Positions 10,419 through 19,656 of a stretch of DNA of 64,000 nucleotides are shown here, piece after piece (position 1 is the stretch's first letter; each line of letters opens with the position of its first letter). The stretch is taken from contig CP181291.1 of NCBI GenBank assembly GCA_052279835.1, forward strand, positions 5,536,001 to 5,600,000. The letters are read 5' to 3'. The stretch is from Microcoleus sp. (GTDB taxonomy: Bacteria; Cyanobacteriota; Cyanobacteriia; Cyanobacteriales; Microcoleaceae). The notes under the pieces were generated by a model. That model had not been told where the DNA came from. It saw only the letters and a list, made by a program, of their open reading frames with translations, and ran no database searches. Position numbers and translations under genes: made by a program.

Positions 10419-11138
10419 ATGAATAACGTGAAATCTGCCTGTACCAACGAAGAGATTACCGCATGGCTGCGCGGATTGCTGACAATTGCTTGGGCTGACG
10501 GTAACTTTGACGAAAACGAGCAAAAACTGATTGCGACCATAACTCAGGAGGAATTAAATCTAGTATCTTTGGAGACCGATTTTCAACCAATTACCCCAGA
10601 CGAACTAGCTGGTGTGTTAGGCAAAAGTACCGCCAACGGTGAAAATTTCTTGAGAACCGCAGTCATGGTAGCTTTAGCAGACGGTATTTATTCCCTTTGC
10701 GAAGATGAATTGCTAGAGAAGTTTTGTACAGCATTAGGTCAAAATGTGAAAGTGATAGAAGCTCTCCGACACACCATCGAAGGAACCGAATACCCCCTAG
10801 AAAAACCCCCAACCTCAGCAGCGGCTGTGGAGTGGAATGTGGCAACACCGCTGAGTGCAAAACCGCTGCAACCACCCCACAAAAATGTCCTACAACCAGT
10901 CAAAGACTGGCTCGACGGCTGGGAAATTCACGACCCCAAGGTGGCACACTTTCTCTGCAAAATGATTCCGCCCCAGTGTCCGTTTGAGCGAGATATTGTG
11001 TTATTTGGCCGCAAAATCGTACACATTCCGGCGATGTGCCAGATTAATCCGCTTTACGAACAGTTGGTGGGGATGCGCTTCCGAGCTCTGTGCTATTTAG
11101 CCGATGATTGCAAGGAAGATATCTCGTCCTATTGTTAG
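10419..11138 (+). CDS. TerB-like plus Mo-dependent nitrogenase C-terminal domain protein
   Basis: IAWADG/VALADG TerB motifs and CKMIPPQCPFERD...IPAMCQINPLYEQ. Start uncertain; the ORF is open from 10257. Confidence 0.85.
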   Translation: MNNVKSACTNEEITAWLRGLLTIAWADGNFDENEQKLIATITQEELNLVSLETDFQPITPDELAGVLGKSTANGENFLRTAVMVALADGIYSLCEDELLEKFCTALGQNVKVIEALRHTIEGTEYPLEKPPTSAAAVEWNVATPLSAKPLQPPHKNVLQPVKDWLDGWEIHDPKVAHFLCKMIPPQCPFERDIVLFGRKIVHIPAMCQINPLYEQLVGMRFRALCYLADDCKEDISSYC

Positions 11139-11331
11139 TCATGATTCAGGACTCATTAGTCAGTAGCGTTGAAACTACCCAATCTCCCATAGTCGTGAAA
11201 TATGAAGACTGTGCGGTCTTAATATTGCAAAACCGGCGAATTATGCTCACAAATGGTATAATTAACCACTACTTACTAATGACCACTGAGTCGGGAATGG
11301 TTCATGGGGAATAGGCAATGGTTCATGGGGA

Positions 11332-11385
11332 ATAACCAATAACCAATAACCAATAACCAATAACCAATAACCAATAACCAATTAC
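11332..11385. repeat. TAACCAA heptamer array
   Basis: About seven tandem copies. Confidence 0.9.
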
Positions 11386-11395
11386 TAATTAAATT

Positions 11396-12436
11396 ATGCA
11401 ATTTATCGATCGAGCAGATATTCAAGTCGCAGCCGGCAAAGGCGGCGACGGTATGGTTGCTTTTCGCAGAGAAAAGTATGTACCAGCGGGCGGGCCAAGC
11501 GGGGGCACCGGCGGGCGGGGCGGTTCAGTATTTATGGTGGCGGTAGAAAGTCTGCAAACCTTGCTAGATTTTCAGTACAACCGCATCTTTAAAGCGCAAG
11601 ATGGGAAGCGCGGTGCACCGAAAAATATGACCGGGGCTGGTGGGGACGATCGCACAATTGAAGTTCCCTGCGGTACTGTAGTTTACGATGCGGAAACTCA
11701 GGCAATTTTAGCAGATTTAGTAACCCCCGGACAGACTTTTTGCGTTGCCAAAGGCGGCAAAGGCGGTTTGGGAAATAAATGTTTTCTCACCAATTCTAAC
11801 CGCGCTCCAGATTATGCCATGCCCGGTGGAGAAGGAGAACACAAGTTTCTGCGGCTGGAATTGAAGCTATTAGCTGAAGTGGGAATTATTGGTTTACCAA
11901 ATGCCGGCAAATCTACCCTGATTTCTGCTTTATCCGCCGCTCGTCCTAAGATAGCAGATTATCCGTTTACAACTTTAGTCCCGAATTTAGGCGTAGTCAG
12001 AAAACCGACGGGAGACGGTACGGTTTTTGCAGATATTCCAGGATTAATTGAAGGGGCTCACGAAGGTGCCGGTTTGGGTTATGAGTTTTTGCGGCACATT
12101 GAACGAACTCGGTTACTACTGCATTTGATCGATGTTACCGATGAAGACCCGATCGCGAATTACATTACAATTCGGGAAGAATTGAAAGCTTACGGGCGAG
12201 GTTTGGCAAATAGACCGCAGATTTTGGCCTTTAATAAGGTAGATGCGATCGATCTCGCAAGCGCAGAAATGGATAATTTGATTTCTAGACTTCAAGAAAT
12301 CAGTGGCTCCCCGATTTTGTCTATTTCTGCTGTCAGTCGAGTGGGATTGGATGAGTTGATGCAGCAGGTGTGGCAGAAACTTGACGAATTGAATGAAAAA
12401 GAAGCAGCGGAACTTTTAGCAGTTGCAGTTTCCTAG
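11396..12436 (+). CDS. obgE: GTPase ObgE/CgtA
   Basis: FRREKYVPAGGPSGG Obg fold, GLPNAGKS, DYPFTT, DIPG and NKVD. Confidence 0.97.
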   Translation: MQFIDRADIQVAAGKGGDGMVAFRREKYVPAGGPSGGTGGRGGSVFMVAVESLQTLLDFQYNRIFKAQDGKRGAPKNMTGAGGDDRTIEVPCGTVVYDAETQAILADLVTPGQTFCVAKGGKGGLGNKCFLTNSNRAPDYAMPGGEGEHKFLRLELKLLAEVGIIGLPNAGKSTLISALSAARPKIADYPFTTLVPNLGVVRKPTGDGTVFADIPGLIEGAHEGAGLGYEFLRHIERTRLLLHLIDVTDEDPIANYITIREELKAYGRGLANRPQILAFNKVDAIDLASAEMDNLISRLQEISGSPILSISAVSRVGLDELMQQVWQKLDELNEKEAAELLAVAVS

Positions 12437-12480
12437 CCGAAACGGGTTCTGCTTTTCCAGAAATATAGCAACCGCCAAAG

Positions 12481-12570
12481 GCTGCATCTCAATGAGTGCA
12501 AATATATTCGTAGGGGTAGTGCCAAGAGTGCCTACCCTCTTCGTCTGTTACAAAATCGGGATGCTCCCCC
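12481..12570. repeat. Degenerate MITE of the same family as 4552-4672
   Basis: Ends in CAAAATCGGGATGCTCCC and contains a GTAGGG...CCTACCC palindrome. Confidence 0.55.
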
Positions 12571-12617
12571 GCCAAAGCGCCTTGGCGACTGCTATTTCCA
12601 CTCAAGTAAGTTGCCGG

Positions 12618-13019
12618 TCAAATTTGGTTGGAGTTACGAATCAGCCCGTTGTAATCAATTCTGACCTGTCCATTTCGAGAAACAGTAACAACGCTTTCTA
12701 TCCTATAGACAGAAGAACCAGGTCTGCTTCCTTTAAAAGAAAATGTCCAAGTACCATCGCCATTGTCTACAAACGGCGCTTCCGAAGAAACACCGTGCAT
12801 AGAAGGTTCGGCTCGATATTCCCCCAAGCCACCGTTGGCGACTTCTGCTGCTTGACGAGCTAGGTTTTTGGCCCGATTCAGTTCGATATTATTGGAAACA
12901 ACTGTGATTTCGTCGAATTCACCTTGAGGAGAAGAATTGGCATTACTCGCTGAGGGACAGACTCCAACAGCCATAATTGATAATGCTACCAGATAAGGAA
13001 GCCTGATGTTTGGTTTCAT
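12618..13019 (-). CDS. Hypothetical secreted protein
   Basis: Signal peptide; LNRAKNLARQAAEVANGGLGEYRAEPSMH core. Confidence 0.75.
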   Translation of the reverse strand: MKPNIRLPYLVALSIMAVGVCPSASNANSSPQGEFDEITVVSNNIELNRAKNLARQAAEVANGGLGEYRAEPSMHGVSSEAPFVDNGDGTWTFSFKGSRPGSSVYRIESVVTVSRNGQVRIDYNGLIRNSNQI

Positions 13020-13113
13020 ATGGCAAACTGATTTATAGTTTGTCAGATATACAACAGTTAAACCAAAAATCCGGTAACAAAAAAAATTTTTAAAGCGGCT
13101 TTTGCCTTCTGGT

Positions 13114-14730
13114 TTAATTTTTAAGTTTTACTTTGGCATCAACCGTGGATTCTCCATCATTCAAATACTGATAACTCATCCGAGAAATATCCCGAATCAA
13201 ACTTTGAGCAGGCTTCTCTGTTTCCGGGGAATGTTTCACCATTACCGCCACTAAATAACGCTTGCCGTTTGGCAAATCTACCATCCCTGCATCGGCTAGC
13301 AAAGTGTTGATATTTCCCGTTTTATGAGCAATAATTGCCTCGTCCCCCAAACCTTTGGGTAACAAACTATCATTTTTGGTTTGCCTCATGATTTGAAAAA
13401 TGCGATCGCGCGATTTCACTGACACCAAATTACCCCGATCGATCTGGGCAATAATATTAATCAAATCCTTGGGACTGGTAGTATTAGTTCCCTCTAAATC
13501 CGGCAATTTACTGCGAATAACCGTCGCCCTCAAACCCCAGGTTGCAAATTTCTGATTCAAAACTTCTGCACCTCCCAACAACTCAATCATCATATTGGTC
13601 GCGGTATTGTCACTGACAACAATCATTTTTTTGGCAACTTCCAAAGCCGAATACTTCGTACCCGGAGGTTGGTCTTGCATCTCTCCCGAACCGCCCACAA
13701 TATCTTCGGCGCGTAGAGTCAACATCTGATCTAGTCGCACTTTCCCCTCATCTACAGCTTGGAAAAAAGCTACTAAAATCGGCACTTTAATCGTACTAGC
13801 TGAAGCAAAAGTAGTGTCGCCGTTAACATTTAGGTAGCTTCCACTATCTAAATCGACTAAGAATACTCCCGCAGTCAAGCTAGGGTTTTCAGTGGTCAAA
13901 ACCTGAACTTGCGTTTTGAGGGTGGCTAATTCTTGATTCAGTTGCAGTGCAGGGGCGGCTAGGGTTGTAGCTGCGGCGCTATCACTTTCTGCGGGAGTTT
14001 TTTGCCCATTAGCTCCTGGAGCGTTCTGTTCTTGTGCTGTGGAACCCGATCGACTCACAGCATTCACCACTGACAACATTGTCCCGCAAATCACCGCCAT
14101 CCCAACTCCCAAAATCAACAAACGAGTAGCGTACACCAGCGGTGGTGTCGTGCTAGGTGTGGGTCGTTTGCGAGGTTTATCGCTGGCTTGGAGGCGCTGT
14201 TTGGGGTCTGGGCGTTTTTTGACCTTGGGAGGCGTTTCAGTGTCTGCAATGCGACCTAGATGGGACTGGGAGCGACTTCCGGGACGGGATGCAGGGGTGG
14301 TTGGCGGTATAAGCTGGCTGTTGGGATTGCTGGCGATCGGACTGAGATTTGCTGGTGTTGGCCCTGGATTGAACAAATCTACAGCAGCGAGGCCTTTTTT
14401 GGGAGATTGACGGCTCTTGGACTGGGGATTTTTGGCGGTTCGGGGTTTTTTACCCGTAATTGCAGATTGGGGATTGGATAAAAAGTCTGGTGCGCTTAAT
14501 TCTGCGGGGGGAGTAGCAGGGGAATTTGCCCTAATTCTGCTGCCGCTTGGTGGTTCCAATGGTAGAGTGGAAGGTTCTTTTGCTTTACTGGAGGCTGGCG
14601 GTTTTGGTTTCTGCGATTGGGTGGAACCGCGGCGTCCTGATTTGCTAGACTGATTTGTTTTGCTCGACTGCTGAGATGATATTGAGGAGATCTCTGAGAA
14701 TATCGATCGCTTGGGAAACCGCTCTGCCAC
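13114..14730 (-). CDS. Class A beta-lactamase-like serine hydrolase with disordered N-terminus and TM helix
   Basis: SASTIK (SxxK), SDN and HKTG motifs; GTG start with AAGGAG RBS. Confidence 0.9.
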   Translation of the reverse strand: MAERFPKRSIFSEISSISSQQSSKTNQSSKSGRRGSTQSQKPKPPASSKAKEPSTLPLEPPSGSRIRANSPATPPAELSAPDFLSNPQSAITGKKPRTAKNPQSKSRQSPKKGLAAVDLFNPGPTPANLSPIASNPNSQLIPPTTPASRPGSRSQSHLGRIADTETPPKVKKRPDPKQRLQASDKPRKRPTPSTTPPLVYATRLLILGVGMAVICGTMLSVVNAVSRSGSTAQEQNAPGANGQKTPAESDSAAATTLAAPALQLNQELATLKTQVQVLTTENPSLTAGVFLVDLDSGSYLNVNGDTTFASASTIKVPILVAFFQAVDEGKVRLDQMLTLRAEDIVGGSGEMQDQPPGTKYSALEVAKKMIVVSDNTATNMMIELLGGAEVLNQKFATWGLRATVIRSKLPDLEGTNTTSPKDLINIIAQIDRGNLVSVKSRDRIFQIMRQTKNDSLLPKGLGDEAIIAHKTGNINTLLADAGMVDLPNGKRYLVAVMVKHSPETEKPAQSLIRDISRMSYQYLNDGESTVDAKVKLKN

Positions 14731-14771
14731 GTCTTACTCCTTCACCAATGTACACTTCAAATTGCTGATTT

Positions 14772-15818
14772 TTAATCGGGCTCGCTCGCCTTTTGAGCTG
14801 GATAATCGGGCAACGCCTGATCCAGAGTATCAGAAACAGGACCGATCGGGTGAGTTTTTCCGATCGCCCATTCTACTTGTCGGAGAATCCCCCGCAACAT
14901 GGCGACTTCCCCAACGGAAGGATAGGCGCGATTATATAAATGGCGAAATTTTGCCATCCGGCTGGCTGCTGTGTGGGGATGCAAGTATCCCACTTTTAAC
15001 AACAAAGTTTCTAGTTGCTGGTAGTATCCTTCTAAATTTTCAAAGGTAGCAGAAGCATCTTCTTCCTTCACCGCTTGGGGGAGGTTCTTCTTGATTCCCC
15101 CCTTGGGGGGGGTAGGGGGGGGTTCTTCTTCATTCCCCCCTTGGGGGAAGTAGGGGGGAGTTTCCTTATTTTCCTCCCAAGGGGGGGGTGGAGTTTCCTT
15201 ATTTTCCCCCCTTGGGGGGGGTTCCTTATTTTCCCCCCTTGGGGGGGGTAGGGGGGGGTTGACTTCGATGAGGGAGTTGACTTCGAGGGGGGAGTTGACT
15301 TCGATGGGGGAGTTGACTTGGATGGGGGGGTTGAGAACTAACTTATATAATTCATAGCAGCAGACAGCAACCGCTTGGGCGAGATTTAGGGATGTGTAAG
15401 CTTCGCTGGAGGGAATGCGGATCAGGCGCTGAGCATAGTTTAATTCGGCGTTAGTTAGGCCACAGTCTTCTCGACCAAAAATGAGAGCGCTGGGGGCTTC
15501 TAGGAGCCAAGGTAAGGCATCTGCGGGGTATTCTGGCTTTGTTGCTAAGGGGCGATCGTCTCCTGTAGTTGCGATCGCCCTTGTACAGCCTACCAAAGCC
15601 GCTGGCAAACTCTCAACTACTCTGGCATTTTCCAATATATCGGCGGCGCGCACAGCCATCAGTCGGGCTTCTTCCCCTAAATAATCGCACTGGGGATTGA
15701 CTAAAATTAATTGGTGCAAACCCATGTTTTTGATCACGCGGGCCACAGAACCTACGTTTAAAGGCCCTGCGGGTTCTACTAAGACGATTCGGATGTTGGC
15801 TGATGCCGTTGCGACCAT
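14772..15818 (-). CDS. TrmJ/LasT-family RNA methyltransferase with an in-frame Pro-rich repeat insertion
   Basis: IVLVEPAGPLNVGSVAR, FGREDCGLTN and SLNLAQAV. The ORF extension to 16013 is translated repeat. Confidence 0.9.
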   Translation of the reverse strand: MVATASANIRIVLVEPAGPLNVGSVARVIKNMGLHQLILVNPQCDYLGEEARLMAVRAADILENARVVESLPAALVGCTRAIATTGDDRPLATKPEYPADALPWLLEAPSALIFGREDCGLTNAELNYAQRLIRIPSSEAYTSLNLAQAVAVCCYELYKLVLNPPIQVNSPIEVNSPLEVNSLIEVNPPLPPPRGENKEPPPRGENKETPPPPWEENKETPPYFPQGGNEEEPPPTPPKGGIKKNLPQAVKEEDASATFENLEGYYQQLETLLLKVGYLHPHTAASRMAKFRHLYNRAYPSVGEVAMLRGILRQVEWAIGKTHPIGPVSDTLDQALPDYPAQKASEPD

Positions 15819-15853
15819 TTTTACTGGGGAGATTTTTAGTGAAAATTGGGTTT

Positions 15854-16011
15854 TTTTCTCAGCAACAGGCAAGATGCCTGTTCCACAAAGGTTAATTTTC
15901 TCAGCAACAGGCAAGATGCCTGTTCCACAAAGGTTAATTTTCTCAGCAACAGGCAAGATGCCTATTCCACAAAACTTACTTTTGCTTGTGGAACAGGCAT
16001 CTTGCCTGTTC
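15854..16011. repeat. REP-like cluster: three tandem 42-bp units with an AACAGGCAAGATGCCTGTT hairpin plus one inverted copy
   Basis: Copies at 15864, 15906 and 15948; inverted copy at 15987-16010. Confidence 0.88.
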
Positions 16012-16063
16012 ATAATTCAGAATAGTACAAGATATAAGTTACCAATCCACTGTCAAAATTAAC

Positions 16064-16219
16064 ATGGCTAAGCAGCGATCGAAATCCGATTTACCTACAA
16101 AAATCTGCCCGGTGTGCGATCGACCTTTTACTTGGCGCAAAAAATGGGCTGAGTGTTGGGATGATGTCAAATACTGCTCGGAACGCTGTCGTCGCCGTCG
16201 GCATACCACCGAAAATTAA
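16064..16219 (+). CDS. DUF2256-family small Zn-finger protein (not in the ORF track)
   Basis: Hand translation: [51 protein letters not shown]. Confidence 0.9.
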   Translation: MAKQRSKSDLPTKICPVCDRPFTWRKKWAECWDDVKYCSERCRRRRHTTEN

Positions 16220-16288
16220 GAATTTCTTGCCATTTACAAAACCGAGGTTAAGATTGCAAAGGAAAAATTCTAGGTTAAGTTAAAAAGT

Positions 16289-17224
16289 ATGGCATCGCAA
16301 CAGGTACAACCAAAGTTAGTTATTCACGGCGGTGCCGGCAGTTCTCTACATAGCAAAGGCGGAATTGAGGCGGTACGTAAATCGCTTTATAATGTTTTGG
16401 AGGAAGTTTATCCCCTGCTCAAGGACGGTGCGAGTGCCGTAGATGCAGTGGTGCGGGGCTGTCGGTTATTGGAAGATGACCCACGTTTTAATGCGGGTAC
16501 GGGTTCTGTGGTGCAGTCAGACGGTCAAATTCGGATGAGTGCTTCGTTGATGGATGGTTTTGTGCAGCGTTTCAGCGGGGCGATTAATGTTTCTCGCGTT
16601 CAGAATCCGATCGAACTTGCTAAATTTTTGCAGACTTCGGACGATCGGGTACTCTCAGATTATGGCTCGGCGGAATTGTTGCGAGAACTTCACTTGCCGA
16701 TTTACGATCCAATGACGGATTTGCGTTTGCATGAGTGGATGGAGGAACGCAAAGGCAATTTTAGCAGAGCCATGGCTGGAGTTGTTGCCGAACCGGCTGG
16801 AGTTGGTACGATCGGAGTCGTAGCTTTGGATGCCGAGGGACGTTTGGCGGCGGGAACTTCTACTGGTGGTAAGGGTTTTGAGCGGATTGGGCGGGTTAGC
16901 GACTCGGCGATGCCGGCGGGAAATTATGCTACTGGAAGTGCTGGGGTAAGTTGTACCGGAATTGGCGAACACATTATGGATGAGTGTTTGGCTGCCAGAA
17001 TTGTGATTCGGGTGACGGATGGTTTTAGTTTGAAAGCTGCTTTTGAGCGTTCTTTTGCGGAAGCTGACGAACATAAACGGGATTTTGGGGCAATTGGTAT
17101 TGATGCTACTGGTGCGATCGCTTGTGGTAAAACTAGCGATGTGCTTCTAGGTGCTTTTCACAATGGTATGCAGATGGGCGATTGTTTGGAAATGAGTAAG
17201 GGAACTCTGATTTTTATCGCTTAA
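16289..17224 (+). CDS. iaaA: Isoaspartyl peptidase/L-asparaginase (Ntn hydrolase)
   Basis: IHGGAG, LEDDPRFNAG, GTIGVVALD, TSTGG, GRVSDS and CTGIGE. Confidence 0.9.
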   Translation: MASQQVQPKLVIHGGAGSSLHSKGGIEAVRKSLYNVLEEVYPLLKDGASAVDAVVRGCRLLEDDPRFNAGTGSVVQSDGQIRMSASLMDGFVQRFSGAINVSRVQNPIELAKFLQTSDDRVLSDYGSAELLRELHLPIYDPMTDLRLHEWMEERKGNFSRAMAGVVAEPAGVGTIGVVALDAEGRLAAGTSTGGKGFERIGRVSDSAMPAGNYATGSAGVSCTGIGEHIMDECLAARIVIRVTDGFSLKAAFERSFAEADEHKRDFGAIGIDATGAIACGKTSDVLLGAFHNGMQMGDCLEMSKGTLIFIA

Positions 17225-17303
17225 AAAGCTTTCTGGATAGGTGTTTTAGCTCCTCGGCTTATTGAAGAAGTCGGGGAGTGCGATCGGTGTTAGTTTTACC
17301 AAT

Positions 17304-17410
17304 TATCTTGTTTCCGGCTGGATCGGAATGATTTAACCGCAGAGAACACAGAGGACACAGAGTCCGAGAATAGAGAGATGAATAATTCAGATGCTACCGG
17401 ATTTGATATT
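17304..17410. repeat. About 105-bp MITE-like element; uninterrupted counterpart of 41785-41963
   Basis: Its reverse complement aligns with 41785-41963 apart from the nested insert there. Confidence 0.75.
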
Positions 17411-17428
17411 ACTGAATTTGTCTCTACT

Positions 17429-19354
17429 CTACTTACCTTTATTTTTTTTAGGAGATGCTTTTTTACCTGATTTTGTTTGAGGGCGATCGGGTTCTTTCAC
17501 AGCATATTTAAACAGAAAATCATCGGGCTTTGCTAAGGCAGAATCTGCAATGCTCAGGCGACCGAATTGCGACCAATTTTGATTTAACAGCTTCAAAGCT
17601 TGGCGGCGATCTAACGCTGCGATCGCACCTATCACTTGACGCAAATTCGATCGCAATAACTCAATATTAGAGTCATCCACAGAAAATTGACTCACCATTG
17701 AAATCCCTGTTGCCAAATAAGCGGAATCCGGCGATATCTTTTTCGATCTTAAACCCTGAGAAACCACCTTTAGCCACACCGGATAAAGTTCTAACCAATT
17801 AGCGCGTTGCAATTCGTTTAATGCCATTTCCTCCATTCCCAAAGCGCCCCAAGTACAAAGCGATGTTTCAGCTAAATTAGCATCCCGATTTTGCACCGCA
17901 GACTCCCATAATTCGCCCGCATAATCCTTAAATCGAACCGCCAGAAAATCATAAGCTTCCTCAACTCGATCCGCCGCCGCAATCTTGTAAACCGTCTCAC
18001 CGCGTGGTAACTTATCGCCCCGATAAGATAGCCAATTATGAGAACCACACAAATGAATTTTCCGATCCACTACAACTTCCTTCGCATGGGAATTTCCCAG
18101 CCAAAATATCTGCACGGCTGACAAACCTTCCCGCGTTTTAATTTCTCTCAGCTTTTGCTCGACTTGTGGCGGAATTGGTCGAGTTTCATCCTGTTGTCGC
18201 CGGGAAATACCGTGACCAATTAAAATCCACACTCCCCGATTAGCCAAATTTTGAAGTAATTGAATAAACTCATTATCTACCACTTCCTTGCTCACCCAAG
18301 GAGAATAAATTAAGACTTGATAATTCCCTTTCCTCAATGTTTCTAAAAAAGACTGCCGAATTTGACTGTCCCGCAGTAAAATTACCTGGTCTTTTTCCTG
18401 ACTTCCCTTAGACGCAACTTGCTCCCCCGTTTCCCTCAATTCTTTAACAGTTTCGATCGCCTGCTGTTCTATTTTCTTAATTCTGGCTTCAACTTCTTGA
18501 TTTCGTTGATTGAGGAGTTCTTCGCGTTCCGCAGCAATTGTTTCATCGCTCAGATACAGCAAGTTTTGCAAAGAAACTTTGCCTTCAGTTTGCAAAATGT
18601 CAAGTAAATCAGAGGCATAGTGTAAAATTTGCTTTCCTCGTCTTACTTGCAGCTTAACTGCATCTTCAAGGGCATCAAAAATCACAAAAATTGCCACAGA
18701 TTGCCAGATAGCTTGAGTCTCCTTGGTGAAATTAGCAGCAGTAATGATTTTACCATCTTCAGGAACCTGTAAGCCTAAACCAGAAGCCTGAATAATTCGT
18801 TGGAGTTCCTCAAGTCCTAACTCAGACATTTCTTGACATCGATTTTCTATTGTGATAAAGTCTTCAAAAATTGGGAGCTCGATTTGTACTTCTTCTAAAG
18901 CGGAAGATAGAAAAAATAGATTTCCCTGCAAGGGGTCACAAATCGCATAAATCTGCTTGGTTTGTGGCGGTTGCGGGACAGAGCCTTCTAAGTAAAATTG
19001 TTTCCCTTGAGGAGTTAGAATAATTCTGGCATCCGGTGTTACAGCTAAAGTTTCTAAACTCCGCAGAGTATTAGCAGTATTTTGCACGAATATAGGGTCA
19101 AGACCTAAAGCTTGTGCTAATTCATTTTCAGTTGTTGTCAATTCCATCTCCATCCCAGCGCGGAGAATAAACTCTTCGAGGATGTTAAATTTGCGGGGTT
19201 CGCTAATAGTAACTTCTACTGATATTTGCTCTAAACAGTAGCGAAATTGGCGGCCAGCCAGCACTGATATACCAGCGGGACTTTGCTTTTCAATTTGTTG
19301 GACAAATTCTTGTAATTGGGGGTCAATTGGTTTAGGAGATGATACTAAAAACAT
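17429..19354 (-). CDS. Protein with a winged-helix-like N-terminus and a single-HKD phospholipase D-family nuclease domain
   Basis: LIYSPW, HAKEVVVD (HxKxxxxD) and GSHNW; ELAQALGLDP HTH-like segment. Confidence 0.82.
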   Translation of the reverse strand: MFLVSSPKPIDPQLQEFVQQIEKQSPAGISVLAGRQFRYCLEQISVEVTISEPRKFNILEEFILRAGMEMELTTTENELAQALGLDPIFVQNTANTLRSLETLAVTPDARIILTPQGKQFYLEGSVPQPPQTKQIYAICDPLQGNLFFLSSALEEVQIELPIFEDFITIENRCQEMSELGLEELQRIIQASGLGLQVPEDGKIITAANFTKETQAIWQSVAIFVIFDALEDAVKLQVRRGKQILHYASDLLDILQTEGKVSLQNLLYLSDETIAAEREELLNQRNQEVEARIKKIEQQAIETVKELRETGEQVASKGSQEKDQVILLRDSQIRQSFLETLRKGNYQVLIYSPWVSKEVVDNEFIQLLQNLANRGVWILIGHGISRRQQDETRPIPPQVEQKLREIKTREGLSAVQIFWLGNSHAKEVVVDRKIHLCGSHNWLSYRGDKLPRGETVYKIAAADRVEEAYDFLAVRFKDYAGELWESAVQNRDANLAETSLCTWGALGMEEMALNELQRANWLELYPVWLKVVSQGLRSKKISPDSAYLATGISMVSQFSVDDSNIELLRSNLRQVIGAIAALDRRQALKLLNQNWSQFGRLSIADSALAKPDDFLFKYAVKEPDRPQTKSGKKASPKKNKGK

Positions 19355-19389
19355 CAATAATTATTCCTATATAATTCAATACAGTCAAG

Positions 19390-19524
19390 AGAAGAGTTTT
19401 GAACCACAGAGGGCGCAGAGGGCGCAGAGGGAAGAGTATTGCGAGGGTTTTGGATGTCGTAAAAAAACCTTTTATCCCTCCCCTCTCTGTGTTCTCTGTG
19501 TTCTCTGCGGTTCAAAACTCTTCT
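19390..19524. repeat. MITE-like palindromic element between the helicase and PLD genes
   Basis: 16-bp perfect inverted repeat AGAAGAGTTTTGAACC / GGTTCAAAACTCTTCT. Confidence 0.75.
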
Positions 19525-19656
19525 TAATATCTACTGAAATTCATCAAAAGCGTTAAGTAAACCGTTCTTTATTGTCATTCATGGTTTTATTTTCCTTCTG
19601 GATTACTTGAGTTTATGCAATATTTCCTGGGTTGTTTTAATGGACTCCTACTCATT

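Noticed and set aside
10419..11138. Evidence for nitrogen fixation
   Set aside because: The domain name is misleading; there are no nif genes in the window.
15854..16011. CRISPR-like palindromic repeats
   Set aside because: The intervening sequences are identical, one copy is inverted, and there are no cas genes; this is a REP cluster.
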